From: an uncultured Candidatus Saccharibacteria bacterium
GTDB taxonomy: Bacteria; Patescibacteriota; Minisyncoccia; Phycocordibacterales; UBA5272
Length of the DNA stretch: 62,226 bases
Direction: 5' to 3'
Assembly: GCA_964577655.1 (NCBI GenBank)
Contig: CAZNZR010000001.1
Location: 1-62,226, forward strand
The notes below the pieces were generated by a model that did not search any database, was not told the DNA's origin, and worked only from the letters and a program-made list of their open reading frames with translations. Position numbers and translations under genes: made by a program. Below are positions 20,101-29,583 of the stretch, piece after piece (the first letter of the stretch is position 1; each line of letters starts with the position of its first letter).

Positions 20101-20735
20101 TCTGCTTCAAAAGCAATGCTGTATCTCATGGAAAATCTGTGGTAAGTTATCTCATCTAAGATTTTTCTTTCTCTAATGTCTTCTATCTCTTTCTTTGTGG
20201 AGAGCATTAATTCTTTTAGTTTTTCTTTGGTCTTCTCGTCTGTGGCTGCTTTTATTTTAGCTTTAAATTCACTTTCGAGATTCTTAAGTATTTCTTCTTT
20301 TTCCCTCTGATTAACTTTGGTAATTATATAATTTGCAAAATAAACTACCTTTTCTACCTCTCCTGCCGGCTCTCCAAGTATAAGAGCAATACGAGAAGGA
20401 ACATTCCTTAAGAACCAAATGTGAGCAACTGGAGTTGCTAGCTCAATATGTCCCATTCTCTCTCTTCGAACTATAGACTTAGTAACCTGTACTCCACATT
20501 TCTCACAAACTATATCCTTATATCTTATCCTTCTATATTTCCCACAGTAACATTCATAATCCTTTTCTGGCCCAAATATTTTCTCATCAAAAAGTCCAGA
20601 TCTTTCGCTTCTTCCTGTACGATAATTAATCGTTTCTGGCTTTGTGACTTCTCCAAAACTCCAAGATCTAATAGCTTCTGGTGAGGCAATTTTTAATTGC
20701 AAAGCTTCAAATTCTGTTGTATCAATTGTTTTCAT
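17109..20735 (-). CDS. rpoC: DNA-directed RNA polymerase subunit beta'
   Basis: Zn motif 'YECYCGKYRRIRYKDIVCEKCGV'. Catalytic 'NADFDGDQMAVH'. Trigger-loop and bridge-helix regions. Confidence 0.97.
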   Translation of the reverse strand: MKTIDTTEFEALQLKIASPEAIRSWSFGEVTKPETINYRTGRSERSGLFDEKIFGPEKDYECYCGKYRRIRYKDIVCEKCGVQVTKSIVRRERMGHIELATPVAHIWFLRNVPSRIALILGEPAGEVEKVVYFANYIITKVNQREKEEILKNLESEFKAKIKAATDEKTKEKLKELMLSTKKEIEDIRERKILDEITYHRFSMRYSIAFEAEIGPEAIYNVFKNINLDDLEKEIEKRLEKISSLEKEKQEKRLSLVRAFKSANIRPEWMFITALPVIPPGIRPMVALEGGRYATSDVNDLYRRVINRNNRLLKLKEINAPEVILRNEKRILQEAVDALIDNSMRRGQEATTIIGQKRQLKSLSDGIRSKSGLFRQNLLGKRVDYSARSVIVIGPDLAIDECGLPKHMVLELFKPFVISKLLEREFTFNIRGANKLIEDGIPEVWEILEEVIEGKYVLLNRAPTLHRLGIQAFKPKMIEGNAIQLHPLVCIGFNADFDGDQMAVHLPLSEEAQKEARELMAADRNLLRPGTGDSIVNPRMDMLLGCFWLTTELPGAKGEGKYFPSPNEAITAHEFGIIDIRAKILVVPTGKEKYNKFEGKRFETTVGRLRFNSILPDDFEYINEQVGGNNMNKIIDKIIMQYGFEAAPKIIDKIKSFGFKYATVSGTTWGIDAVKVPEEKKEIIEKGRKGELKIQEFYESGLLSEEERYQKVIENWNTIRKEIESLMSTKAIEKYGSVYNLVTSGARGSVKQLIQLAGMRGIIINSSGRNIDFPIISSNKEGLSPIEYFITTYGARKGASDTALKTAEAGYLTRRLVDVSQDVIVSEENCGTKNCKLMKTENVLGIEIPLAKSIKGRVLAQDFINKDGKLLFKKGHLVKKEDVRLIEDSGIEESYVYSPLSCESIHGVCQRCYGLDLARNELVKVGEAVGIIAAQAIGEPGTQLTVSSVKGGYSKGGSASGLDITTGLPRVAEIFERRSPKNPGVISLSNGEVIEIRRDGKEKKIVVMSDDDGSYAQAKKKGMKIEYDMAYSRRPIVKVGDKIKKGQALTDGSLNIEDLYDLAGKDTAEEYIVNELNKVYELQGASISRKHMELIIKQMLSRVKIKEAGDTIFTPGEVVEISDFRIENDRVKDQGGSSAKGINLILGISEVALTTNSWLSSASFQHTTKVLINASTRGQVDKLQGLKENVIIGKLIPAGTGVEEKEIEE

Positions 20736-20790
20736 AATTTTATTTTAAATTATTTTTATTTTACTAATTTTTATCTTTGTCGAATTTTGT

Positions 20791-23700
20791 CTAATCTTTT
20801 AATTCAATAACTTTTTCCTCACCTAATAATTTTTCTCTTTTGCTTCTTATTTTCTTTTCTTCTTCTATAAGAGGTACCACATCTAATCCTAGACCTCGCA
20901 AAGTATTAAGAAGAACACTGAAAGAAGCTGGAGTATTTGGCTCTTTTATTTCTTCATTTTTTATAATACTATTAAACGCATCAGATCTACCGACTATGTC
21001 ATCTGATTTTATAGTTAATATTTCTCTAAGAGTATGAGCTGCCCCATATCCTTCAAGAGCCCATACTTCCATTTCTCCAAATCTTTGACCACCGTTTTGT
21101 GATTTACCACCGAGTGGTTGCTGGGTAATAAGAGAGTAAGGACCAATACTTCTTGCGTGAATTTTATCTTCTACCATATGATGAAGCTTCAACATATACA
21201 TCACGCCTATAGCCACCTTTTCACCAAAAGGATCACCGGTCCTACCATCAAATAACTCTACTGTGCCAGATTCATCAAATCCCGATTTCCTTAATTCTTC
21301 TTTTATCTCCTCATCTCCTGCACCATTAAATACGGGCACTATAGCTTGATAGCCTAAAGTCTGCGCAGCTAATCCTAAATGCATTTCTAATATCTGACCA
21401 ATATTCATACGGCTTGGAATACCTAGAGGACTTAAGATAATATCAATAGGCTCTCCATCTGCCGTAAATGGCATCTCCTCTATGGGCAATATTCTTGAGA
21501 TTACACCTTTATTACCATGTCTTCCTGCTAACTTATCACCAACAGAAATATCTCTCAATTGAGCCACTTCGATATGGATTCTCTTGATCACTCCACTTTC
21601 TAATTGATCTCCTCTCTCTCTAGAAAATACTTTTATACTTATAACCCTTCCCCTCTTTCCATTATCAAGTCTTAATGATGTATCTTTCACATCTCTTATT
21701 TTTTCTCCAAAAATACTTCTCAATAGTCTCTCTTCTGGAGTGAGCTCCGTTTCTCCTTTTGGAGTAATCTTTCCTACTAAAATATCTCCCGCTCTGACAT
21801 CAGCACCTATTCTGACTATTCCATCTTCATCAAGATTTTTTAATTTCGCTTCTCCTACATTTGGAATATCATGAGTAGTTACTTCAGCTCCAAGCTTAGT
21901 ATCACGAACATTACAAATAAATTCCTCTACATGGATAGAAGAAAATTTTTTCTGCCGAACAAGTCTCTCAGAGATAATTATGGCGTCTTCATAGTTAGCC
22001 CCATTCCAGCTTAAAAAGGCAACTCTAATATTATGGCCTAGAGCAATTTGCCCACCTCTTGTAGAAGATGAATCTGCTATTACTTGTCCCTTTTTCACCT
22101 TGTCTCCTATATTTACTATTGGTCTATGATAAAAAACTGTAAAATTATTTGTACGAGAAAAATTAACAAGCTGATATTCTTTGTCTTTATTTTTATCTGT
22201 AATTATTATCTTGTTAGAATCTACATACTTAACTTCTCCCGATTCTTCTGCCAATACTATTCTTCCGATATGTCTAGCGGCTTCTTCTTCTACTCCTGTA
22301 GCCACATAAGGGGCTTCGCTTAAGATAAGTGGAACTGCTTGACGTTGCATGTTACTTCCCAGAGAAGCACGAACTGCTTCATCATGCTCTAAAAATGGAA
22401 TCATGTTAGTAGCTATAGAATAAGCTTGATTGGTAGCAACATCTATATATTCAACCTCGTCCTTAGAGACTATAGTCGGAGAACCTCCTTTTCTGGCTTG
22501 TACAAAATCATCTTTAATATTCCCATTCTCATCATAATTTACCGCCGCATGAGCTATAACAGTAGCTTCTTCTTGTAAAGCGTTTAAATAAAATATTTCT
22601 TTTGTTATTTTACCATTTTTTACTTTTACATAAGGAGTTTCTATTATTCCAAATTCATTTATCTTTGCATAAGTTGCCAATCTCAAAATAAGTCCCACAT
22701 TGGCTCCGTCAGGAGTCTGAATGGGACAAACTCTACCATAGTGTGAAGTATGCACATCACGAACTTCAAATCCAGCTCTTTCTTTTGACAATCCTCCTGG
22801 ACCTAAAGCTGAAAGAGTTCTTAGGCTTTCAATTTCAGCTAAAAGATTCTCCTGATTCATAAGATGAGATAGCTGATTTACTGTAAAGAATTCTTTTATT
22901 CTCGCTTGTAAAGGTCTTTGATTTACTATATTTATAGGCAAGGTAGTGTCAGTATCAACAACTGTCATTTTTTCTTGAATATATCTCTTTACTTGGAACA
23001 TTCCCTTTTTTACTTTCATGCCAAGCATCTCCCCTACAAATCTAACCCTCCTTGATGCTAAATGATCAATATCATCAGCTTCGGCATCTGGATTATTATT
23101 AAGCTCTATTAAATGATTAATTATTAATACTAAATCCTCTTTAGAGAGAGTCAATCTCTTCATTTCTTTTGCATCTAGTGACAAATTAAATCTTTTATTA
23201 AATCTTAATCTTCCAATAGGAGAAAGATCATAGCGCTCTTTTGAAAAAAGAGATAAGATGTACGACTTGGCATTATCTACTGTTGCAAGGTCTCCATCCC
23301 TAAGCTTTTTATATACATCTATATAGGCTTCGTCTGCTGTCTTTATAGGATCCTTCGCGACTAGATTCATTATATAGGCTTTAGCAAGTTCTTTACCTTC
23401 AAATGCTTTTTCTATATCTTTATCTTGATGATAACCTAGAGCTCTAAGAAGAGAAACTATGGAGAATTTTCTCTTCTTATCTATTTTTACAAACATATCA
23501 TTGTCGTCATCGGTTAATATTTCCACCCAAGCACCTCTATTAGGAACTATTTTTGCTGAAAAATATTTCTTTCCACTTATCTCTTCTGAATCAAAAAATT
23601 CACCAGCACTTCTAGCAAGTTGAGGAACTATAACTCTCTCCACACCGTTTACGATAAATGTCCCATGCACTGTCATTAGAGGAAAAGACGCTAGAAAAAT

Positions 23701-24048
23701 CTCTTGTTCTTTTTCAGTATTAAGAATTTTATTACGAAGAAGAATGGTTGCCCTTAGTGGAGCTTCGTAAGTAAGCTTATTTTCTTTAGCATATTCTTCA
23801 GTATATTTTGGCTCTGAGAGCTCAAAAGATTTTATCTCTAGTTCAAATTTCTTTTCCGTATAATCTTTTATTGGGTTTAATTCTTTTAAGATTATATCAA
23901 GATCTTCTTCTACAAGCTTTTTGAAAGAAGATATTTGATTTTCCACAAGATTGGGAAGGTCAATGAAAGGCTTTTTAAATTTAGCAAATGTTTTTTTGGG
24001 TAGATTTGCCACTAGCAGATTCTCATTAGTATTTTTTGTTTTGGACAT
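20791..24048 (-). CDS. rpoB: DNA-directed RNA polymerase subunit beta
   Basis: 'GRHGNKGVISRILP', 'MNIGQILEMHLG', 'GGQRFGEMEVWALEGYGAAHTLRE', and the Rif region 'SQLSHLMNQENLLAEIESLRTLSALGPGGL'. Confidence 0.97.
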   Translation of the reverse strand: MSKTKNTNENLLVANLPKKTFAKFKKPFIDLPNLVENQISSFKKLVEEDLDIILKELNPIKDYTEKKFELEIKSFELSEPKYTEEYAKENKLTYEAPLRATILLRNKILNTEKEQEIFLASFPLMTVHGTFIVNGVERVIVPQLARSAGEFFDSEEISGKKYFSAKIVPNRGAWVEILTDDDNDMFVKIDKKRKFSIVSLLRALGYHQDKDIEKAFEGKELAKAYIMNLVAKDPIKTADEAYIDVYKKLRDGDLATVDNAKSYILSLFSKERYDLSPIGRLRFNKRFNLSLDAKEMKRLTLSKEDLVLIINHLIELNNNPDAEADDIDHLASRRVRFVGEMLGMKVKKGMFQVKRYIQEKMTVVDTDTTLPINIVNQRPLQARIKEFFTVNQLSHLMNQENLLAEIESLRTLSALGPGGLSKERAGFEVRDVHTSHYGRVCPIQTPDGANVGLILRLATYAKINEFGIIETPYVKVKNGKITKEIFYLNALQEEATVIAHAAVNYDENGNIKDDFVQARKGGSPTIVSKDEVEYIDVATNQAYSIATNMIPFLEHDEAVRASLGSNMQRQAVPLILSEAPYVATGVEEEAARHIGRIVLAEESGEVKYVDSNKIIITDKNKDKEYQLVNFSRTNNFTVFYHRPIVNIGDKVKKGQVIADSSSTRGGQIALGHNIRVAFLSWNGANYEDAIIISERLVRQKKFSSIHVEEFICNVRDTKLGAEVTTHDIPNVGEAKLKNLDEDGIVRIGADVRAGDILVGKITPKGETELTPEERLLRSIFGEKIRDVKDTSLRLDNGKRGRVISIKVFSRERGDQLESGVIKRIHIEVAQLRDISVGDKLAGRHGNKGVISRILPIEEMPFTADGEPIDIILSPLGIPSRMNIGQILEMHLGLAAQTLGYQAIVPVFNGAGDEEIKEELRKSGFDESGTVELFDGRTGDPFGEKVAIGVMYMLKLHHMVEDKIHARSIGPYSLITQQPLGGKSQNGGQRFGEMEVWALEGYGAAHTLREILTIKSDDIVGRSDAFNSIIKNEEIKEPNTPASFSVLLNTLRGLGLDVVPLIEEEKKIRSKREKLLGEEKVIELKD

Positions 24049-24163
24049 ATAAAAAATAAATAAAAACTAAAAAATATAGAGAATACAAAAGAAAATTTGA
24101 TTTTGTAAGACAAGAGAATACCTGCAAAATCGTGTTTCTATTTGCATTTTAAATATTTAAATT

Positions 24164-24187
24164 AATAATAATTTCGAAATTATTATT
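24164..24187. repeat. Perfect 24-bp palindrome AATAATAATTTCGAAATTATTATT in the rpoB 5' leader
   Basis: Checked base by base: the sequence equals its own reverse complement (12+12, centred on TCGA). It lies between the candidate rpoB promoter and the rpoB ATG. Confidence 0.9.
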
Positions 24188-24254
24188 GACTTGAGTCACC
24201 CACAAAACTCAACCTGAAGGGATAGAAGATAAGCATCTCGTCAATATTGCATTT

Positions 24255-24283
24255 AATATATCATATGCTAGTAAAAAATGCAA
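24255..24283 (-). promoter_or_regulatory. Candidate rpoBC promoter (TTGCAT-N17-TATATT)
   Basis: On the minus strand: TTGCAT (24283..24278), 17-nt spacer, TATATT (24260..24255). It sits immediately downstream of the aquaporin terminator and gives a ~200-nt leader. Confidence 0.45.
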
Positions 24284-24284
24284 G

Positions 24285-24316
24285 AAAAATCCCCTGAGGG
24301 TAATCAGGGGATTTTT
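24285..24316. terminator. Strong symmetric intrinsic terminator after the aquaporin gene
   Basis: AAAAATCCCCTGA-gggtaa-TCAGGGGATTTTT. Confidence 0.75.
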
Positions 24317-24327
24317 CTAGTTTTAGA

Positions 24328-25014
24328 TTAGGACTGTTCGTGATGATGATACTCTCTACCAAATACAAATATATGTACAAAATACGCGAGTACAGCTCCC
24401 ACAAGAGGAGCTAAAATAAATAATCCTAGCGAGTCTAAATGCTGTCCTGAGACTAAAGCTGGACCTATAGACCTTGCGGGATTTATTGATGCTCCCGTTA
24501 AAGGAATAGCTACTATATGAGCTGCAAATAAAGCAAGCCCTACTGCTATTGGAGTAGAAGTTGCAGACCAAGTGCTTCGAGTTGTAGCTAATACTACGAG
24601 ACAAAGTATCATAGTCATAAATATCTCTACGAGAGCAGCGGCCATTACAGATACTCCGCCATTGAGAGCATTAGTAGCGAAGCCTGCATTTATGATTAAT
24701 GTACTGTTGGCAAGGTTAGTAACTATTGCGTATAAAATTACAGCTCCAAATATTGCTCCGATTATCTGAGCAAGAATATATCCTAAGACTTTATTCCAAG
24801 GAAATTTACCTGCCAACGCTAAAGCAATAGTGACAGCCGGATTAACATGTCCACCAGAAATATGTCCTGTTAAATATGCCACTATCGCAAGAGCTAGACC
24901 AAAGGCAACTGCAATACCAAGCACTCCTAGAGTGCCTCCGGCAAAAATAGCCGCTCCACACCCGATAAGGACGAGAAGGGCTGTACCAATAAGTTCTGCT
25001 ATATAAGCTTTCAT
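24328..25014 (-). CDS. aqpZ: Aquaporin / MIP-family channel
   Basis: Two NPA boxes ('HVNPAVT', 'SINPARS') and six hydrophobic helices. Start moved to 'MKAYIAELIG' (25014). The channel could be water- or glycerol-selective. Confidence 0.9.
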   Translation of the reverse strand: MKAYIAELIGTALLVLIGCGAAIFAGGTLGVLGIAVAFGLALAIVAYLTGHISGGHVNPAVTIALALAGKFPWNKVLGYILAQIIGAIFGAVILYAIVTNLANSTLIINAGFATNALNGGVSVMAAALVEIFMTMILCLVVLATTRSTWSATSTPIAVGLALFAAHIVAIPLTGASINPARSIGPALVSGQHLDSLGLFILAPLVGAVLAYFVHIFVFGREYHHHEQS

Positions 25015-25098
25015 AATAATTAATTTAATTAAATAAATTACTAACATTAAAACTAATAATAATAGCTAGTAATACTATTATTATATCACGATATATAT

Positions 25099-26157
25099 CT
25101 ATCCCATTATCCCTCCACCAATTAGTATATTATTTTTATAAAAAACTAATGATTGTCCTTTTGTGTATATTATGCTCCTTTCACCTTTAAAATAGTCGAA
25201 TTCTATTTCAAGCTCTTTCGCTTTCTTTTTTTCTTTTATACTCTTTATTTTTATTTTTACTAGATTTGCATGATATCTCTCTGCTATAGAATATATATTC
25301 CCTTTCTCTAAGCTCTTTAATAGATTAATATTTTCAAGAAAAATCTTATTTTCTTTTTGTGCTTTCAAATTTTCTGAGACATATAAAATATTAGTTTTTA
25401 TATCTTTATTAATAATATATTTACCGTTAATCTTTTCACCTATCGTATAAAAAAATACGCCATCATGCTCTCCAATATTTTTATTAAAATCAATATCTGT
25501 TATATTACCCTTTTTATTCTTTATAAATTCTTTTAGAAAATCTTTCACATCTATCTTACCGATAAAGCATAGCCCTTGAGAATCTTTTTTCTTTGCTGTG
25601 GCTAGATTATTTTTGAGAGCGATATCTCTAATTTCTGATTTTAATAGATGACCTACTGGAAATATTATTTTAGAAAGTTGCTTTTTATTAAGTGTCCAAA
25701 GGAAATAGCTTTGATCTTTAGTGAGATCTTTTCCTTTTTGTAAATTCTCATCTTTTATTTGTGCATAATGACCTGTGGCCACATAATCAGCTCCATTCTT
25801 GAGTGCCCAATCTAAAAACGCTCCAAATTTTACTTCTTTATTACAAAATACATCCGGATTTGGTGTGCGACCAGCTTTGTATTCCCTTATCATGTAGTCT
25901 ATTACTCCTTCTTTGTATTCTTTTTCCAGATCAAGAGTAATAAAAGGGATCTCTAGCTCACTACACACTCTCATAGCGTCCCTTCTATCTTCTTTCCATG
26001 TACATTCAATAAAATCAGGCTGCCAGACTTTTATAAATACTCCAGTCACATCATATCCTTTTTGCTTCAACAATAAGGCAGCAACAGAAGAATCCACTCC
26101 TCCCGACATTCCTACAAATACTTTTTTCTTTTTATTCTTTGAATTATTTTTTTGCAT
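25099..26157 (-). CDS. mnmA: tRNA-specific 2-thiouridylase
   Basis: PP-loop 'VGMSGGVDSSVAALLL', 'TPNPDVFCNKEVKF', 'ATGHYA', 'KDQSYFL', 'DSQGLCFIG'. Confidence 0.93.
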   Translation of the reverse strand: MQKNNSKNKKKKVFVGMSGGVDSSVAALLLKQKGYDVTGVFIKVWQPDFIECTWKEDRRDAMRVCSELEIPFITLDLEKEYKEGVIDYMIREYKAGRTPNPDVFCNKEVKFGAFLDWALKNGADYVATGHYAQIKDENLQKGKDLTKDQSYFLWTLNKKQLSKIIFPVGHLLKSEIRDIALKNNLATAKKKDSQGLCFIGKIDVKDFLKEFIKNKKGNITDIDFNKNIGEHDGVFFYTIGEKINGKYIINKDIKTNILYVSENLKAQKENKIFLENINLLKSLEKGNIYSIAERYHANLVKIKIKSIKEKKKAKELEIEFDYFKGERSIIYTKGQSLVFYKNNILIGGGIMG

Positions 26158-26158
26158 T

Positions 26159-26713
26159 TTAACTTGCTCTCATTAACTTTTTATACACTTCTACCAGAGC
26201 TCTCGTATCAGCGAGTGCGGTATGCGCTTTTGCATTTTCTACTTTTAATAATTCACACAAAAACTTTAAAGAGAATTTATCAGCTTGTGGCGCATCATAA
26301 AGTCTAGCAAAAGCGATAGAAATGGTATCGAGCTTTCCATAGTGCATATTATTTTCAACTCCGGTCTTCTGATAAGCCTTAGCTACAAAATTATAATCAA
26401 AAACTAAATTATGAGAAACAAAAGTACAACTTTCTGCTTTTTTATTAAAATCTTCTAAAACATTTTTAAGTGGAGAAGCAAAAATCCAATCGGCTTCATT
26501 GTATCCATTGATACGAAGTGCTTCTTCTTCTGCTAGATCAAGTCTTTCCGGCTTTATCTTCCATTCGTATTCGCCTAATATTTCTATACTAGGACCCTTA
26601 CCTTCTCTTTCTATTTGTTTTACAACAATAAGAGCGAGCTCTATTATTTCATGTTTTTCAAAATCTGTACCCGTAGTCTCCACATCTACAAATGCTAAAT
26701 TGTGTACTTTCAT
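26159..26713 (-). CDS. DEDD-family 3'-5' exonuclease (DnaQ/epsilon-like)
   Basis: ExoI 'FVDVETTG', ExoII 'FVSHNLVFDYNF', ExoIII 'HTALADTRAL'. Confidence 0.8.
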   Translation of the reverse strand: MKVHNLAFVDVETTGTDFEKHEIIELALIVVKQIEREGKGPSIEILGEYEWKIKPERLDLAEEEALRINGYNEADWIFASPLKNVLEDFNKKAESCTFVSHNLVFDYNFVAKAYQKTGVENNMHYGKLDTISIAFARLYDAPQADKFSLKFLCELLKVENAKAHTALADTRALVEVYKKLMRAS

Positions 26714-26744
26714 ATTTTTTCTAAACTAGTATAGCATAAATAAT

Positions 26745-27893
26745 CTATCTATTTCTTAAATATTTGTTGATATTATCAAGATGAGTATTATAATCTTTCG
26801 CGTAATACATATTTCCATCATTGCCTGTAATATAATAAATATATCCAGTCTTTATAGGATTCATCGCGGCTTTGATTGCTACAAGTCCTGGATTATTTAT
26901 CGGAGTCTTAGTAAAACCTTTGTTTTTATATGTACTAGTAGCCGCATCTATCTGAAGAGGATATCCTAGCTTTAATCTAGTCCATAAAGCTCCAGAGACT
27001 ATACGCATATCTTTTTCATTATTAGCTTCTCCTTCAAGATAACTCGCCATAGTTATAATATCTTTTACAGAAAGAGTGGTGGTGCCTATTTCGTTTATAA
27101 GAGTAAATCTTTTAGAGAGATTCATAGAGCTAGATTCGGTATTGAAAATACTTTGCATATTAAATTCTTTCATGTCTAGAGAATAAATAAGAGGATATTT
27201 CTCTTCTTCTAGATTATTTGATTCAGCTTTTAAGTTTTCAAAAAGATTCTTAAGATTAATATAAAAATGATTTTTTAACTGAGATACTACCTTATAAAGG
27301 TTAGTATTTGGTAAGAAAAAATAAGTCTCTGGATAGATATATCCTTCTTCATCCTTTATATTAAGTAATATGTTGGACTTCGAAAAATCATCTATAACCT
27401 GATCTTTATTAACCTCTTGAGAAAAAGCTTTATTTATAATTTCACTTATTTCTTCATTGGTGCTTCCTTCTGGAATTGTAATCCTGACTGGAGGTATTGC
27501 GTATTTGGCTTTAATTATTTTATGAGCTATAGAAATAATATTATCGCCCTTTTCAAATCTGTATATACCGGCCTGGGCAGAACTGTCTCCCCCAAAAATT
27601 TTCATATAAAGCTTAAACGGTAACTTGTAATAGATAATATTTTTAGATTCTAGATCTCTTGCTATTTCTTCTATACTTTCCCCGTGATTGATCTGAAATA
27701 GATTTTCTGAGTCCTGATAATTAGTCGAGGAAAGAAATATTTTATAAAAGAAAAATAATAAAATTAAGACTGCGACAATAGAAATAATTTTTAATTTATT
27801 ACGAATTAGTAAATCTAAAAAAGTCTCCTCTTTTCTTTCTTCCTCTAGCTTCTTGATTATAAGAAAATTTTTAAAATCATCTCCTTTTTGCAT
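26745..27893 (-). CDS. mltG: Endolytic murein transglycosylase MltG/YceG
   Basis: N-terminal TM anchor. 'AGIYRF' and the YceG catalytic block 'IITMASYLEGEA'. C-terminal 'NNPGLVAIKAAMNP...YYFV-like YYIT'. Confidence 0.85.
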   Translation of the reverse strand: MQKGDDFKNFLIIKKLEEERKEETFLDLLIRNKLKIISIVAVLILLFFFYKIFLSSTNYQDSENLFQINHGESIEEIARDLESKNIIYYKLPFKLYMKIFGGDSSAQAGIYRFEKGDNIISIAHKIIKAKYAIPPVRITIPEGSTNEEISEIINKAFSQEVNKDQVIDDFSKSNILLNIKDEEGYIYPETYFFLPNTNLYKVVSQLKNHFYINLKNLFENLKAESNNLEEEKYPLIYSLDMKEFNMQSIFNTESSSMNLSKRFTLINEIGTTTLSVKDIITMASYLEGEANNEKDMRIVSGALWTRLKLGYPLQIDAATSTYKNKGFTKTPINNPGLVAIKAAMNPIKTGYIYYITGNDGNMYYAKDYNTHLDNINKYLRNR

Positions 27894-27972
27894 AATTATT
27901 AATAATTTTTATTGAAATACAATATAGCATATTACACCTTTAAAAGTAAGTAAAAAAGTGAAATCAAAAAAA

Positions 27973-29490
27973 CTAAACAGGAAGATTTGCTGGAGAAGAG
28001 GACTTTACAGAATCAACACGAGGAAGAGTAGGGGTAGCAGCTACCTCACCTGGGAAATGATATAAAGTTGCGAGTTCTTCAACATTTAAAATAAAGCCTC
28101 CCTTGTTCATTGTAGGCTTGAATGGATGAATAAGAATATTATATAGATTCATAGCGAAAGACTTTTTATAACTAGCAAAAGGATAAAATATATTATCAAA
28201 TAGTTTTTCTTTTTCGTCACTCATACCTTTCACAAGAGAAAAGAGTCCGCTTCTTCCCTTATATCCACCATAAAGATTTTCTTTTCGCCAAGGCACATAT
28301 CTCTTAAAAGGATCTTGCCAAGGATAGTCAAAAGGGTCAGCTACATAACCAGGAACAAAAGTGTTAAACCCGTCTTCATTAAATGGCCTAACGAGCCCCA
28401 TTACCATAGGTATTCTACTTCCAAAATTATCATATGAGTCAGCCATATATATAGTCCTCATAATACAAATAACTTGTGGCTTACTAATCTTTCTTTGTAT
28501 AAGCTCTATATTTTTCTTTGCGTCATCTTCTCTCTCTTGAACTGGAATTGATTTATTAGTTACTATATCCATCGAATATTCTAATTCGTTGCCATCTTTA
28601 TCTTTTTTAGAGTTGCCCCACTCATCTTTCTCATTAGCACCCTTCTTTTTTAATATCGGCTTCTTTTTAAATCTGTCTATCTCTATTTTGACTAGATCTT
28701 TTATGGTCTTCTTTCCTTCAGTCTTGCCTCCCTTTTTTTTACCACCATTGATATCTATACTATATATATCATTCCATTTATTTGCGTCTCTTATTATTAT
28801 CTGGTGGAAAAAATACTCTCCCTTACCTATAGCTCCCATCTGCTCTATAAGATAAGTAAGAGGATCATGCTTAAATATTTCTTTAGGATCTTTATCTAGC
28901 CCCCAATCCTTATAAGTCTTTATTGGATACATATCAGCTGTATAAGTATATTTATCTATTTTATTTTCTTTCTCATCTCCAACTTCTAGATCTTCAGTCT
29001 TTTTCACAAGATTCCAAGTTGTACCCCAAAATGCTGGCATCTTTTTATCATTATGGTCTATTTTTATAGGAACATTATTCATATAATCTTCTTTCGTCTC
29101 CACTATCTCTACTGTTGGATATTGAGAATAAATAGCAGCTTCTACTCTTGGCTTAAATTTCTTTTCTACTCTGATATAAAAATGTATTACTCCTTCTAGA
29201 GAAGCTATTTCTAGTGATGCAGTATTCGGCATAGCGCCAAGCCAATTCTCTTTTCTCCAATTACCAAGACCTCCTCCTTCAATAAGACTTCTCAAAAATA
29301 ATTCTGTAGCTTCTGGGCTCTTATTAATTTCTCTCGGTAGCTTAATTTCTAAGAATACCCAATCTAGCTTTTTCTGATAATCAGTATTTATATAAAGCAT
29401 CCAAAATTTCCATGTCCACGCTAAAAGAAGAGTAAAAAGTGCACAATAAATTAAAAATAATCCTATATCTATTATTAACTGAAGACTCAT
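27973..29490 (-). CDS. Conserved-looking membrane protein of unknown function (505 aa)
   Basis: N-terminal TM segment(s). Blocks 'FLEIKLPREINKSPEATELFLRSL', 'ASLEIASLEGVIHFYIRV', 'AAIYSQYPTVEIVE'. C-terminal 'ELATLYHFPGE'. No NTP-binding motif. Confidence 0.6.
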   Translation of the reverse strand: MSLQLIIDIGLFLIYCALFTLLLAWTWKFWMLYINTDYQKKLDWVFLEIKLPREINKSPEATELFLRSLIEGGGLGNWRKENWLGAMPNTASLEIASLEGVIHFYIRVEKKFKPRVEAAIYSQYPTVEIVETKEDYMNNVPIKIDHNDKKMPAFWGTTWNLVKKTEDLEVGDEKENKIDKYTYTADMYPIKTYKDWGLDKDPKEIFKHDPLTYLIEQMGAIGKGEYFFHQIIIRDANKWNDIYSIDINGGKKKGGKTEGKKTIKDLVKIEIDRFKKKPILKKKGANEKDEWGNSKKDKDGNELEYSMDIVTNKSIPVQEREDDAKKNIELIQRKISKPQVICIMRTIYMADSYDNFGSRIPMVMGLVRPFNEDGFNTFVPGYVADPFDYPWQDPFKRYVPWRKENLYGGYKGRSGLFSLVKGMSDEKEKLFDNIFYPFASYKKSFAMNLYNILIHPFKPTMNKGGFILNVEELATLYHFPGEVAATPTLPRVDSVKSSSPANLPV

Positions 29491-29583
29491 AAATCTATAA
29501 TAAAATTATATCATAAAATAAAAACGCCTAATATAAAGGCATTTTTATTTATGTTTAGCAATATTCTGCCTATACTATTATTT

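Noticed and set aside
17221-20684. Antisense ORFs inside rpoC, plus similar 60-170 aa antisense ORFs throughout the track (e.g. 1103..1288, 2412..2828, 10208..10714, 42478..42918, 56192..56800)
   Set aside because: They lie entirely inside strongly conserved genes on the opposite strand, have low-complexity S/F/L/I-rich translations typical of AT-rich antisense frames, and have no signals of their own.
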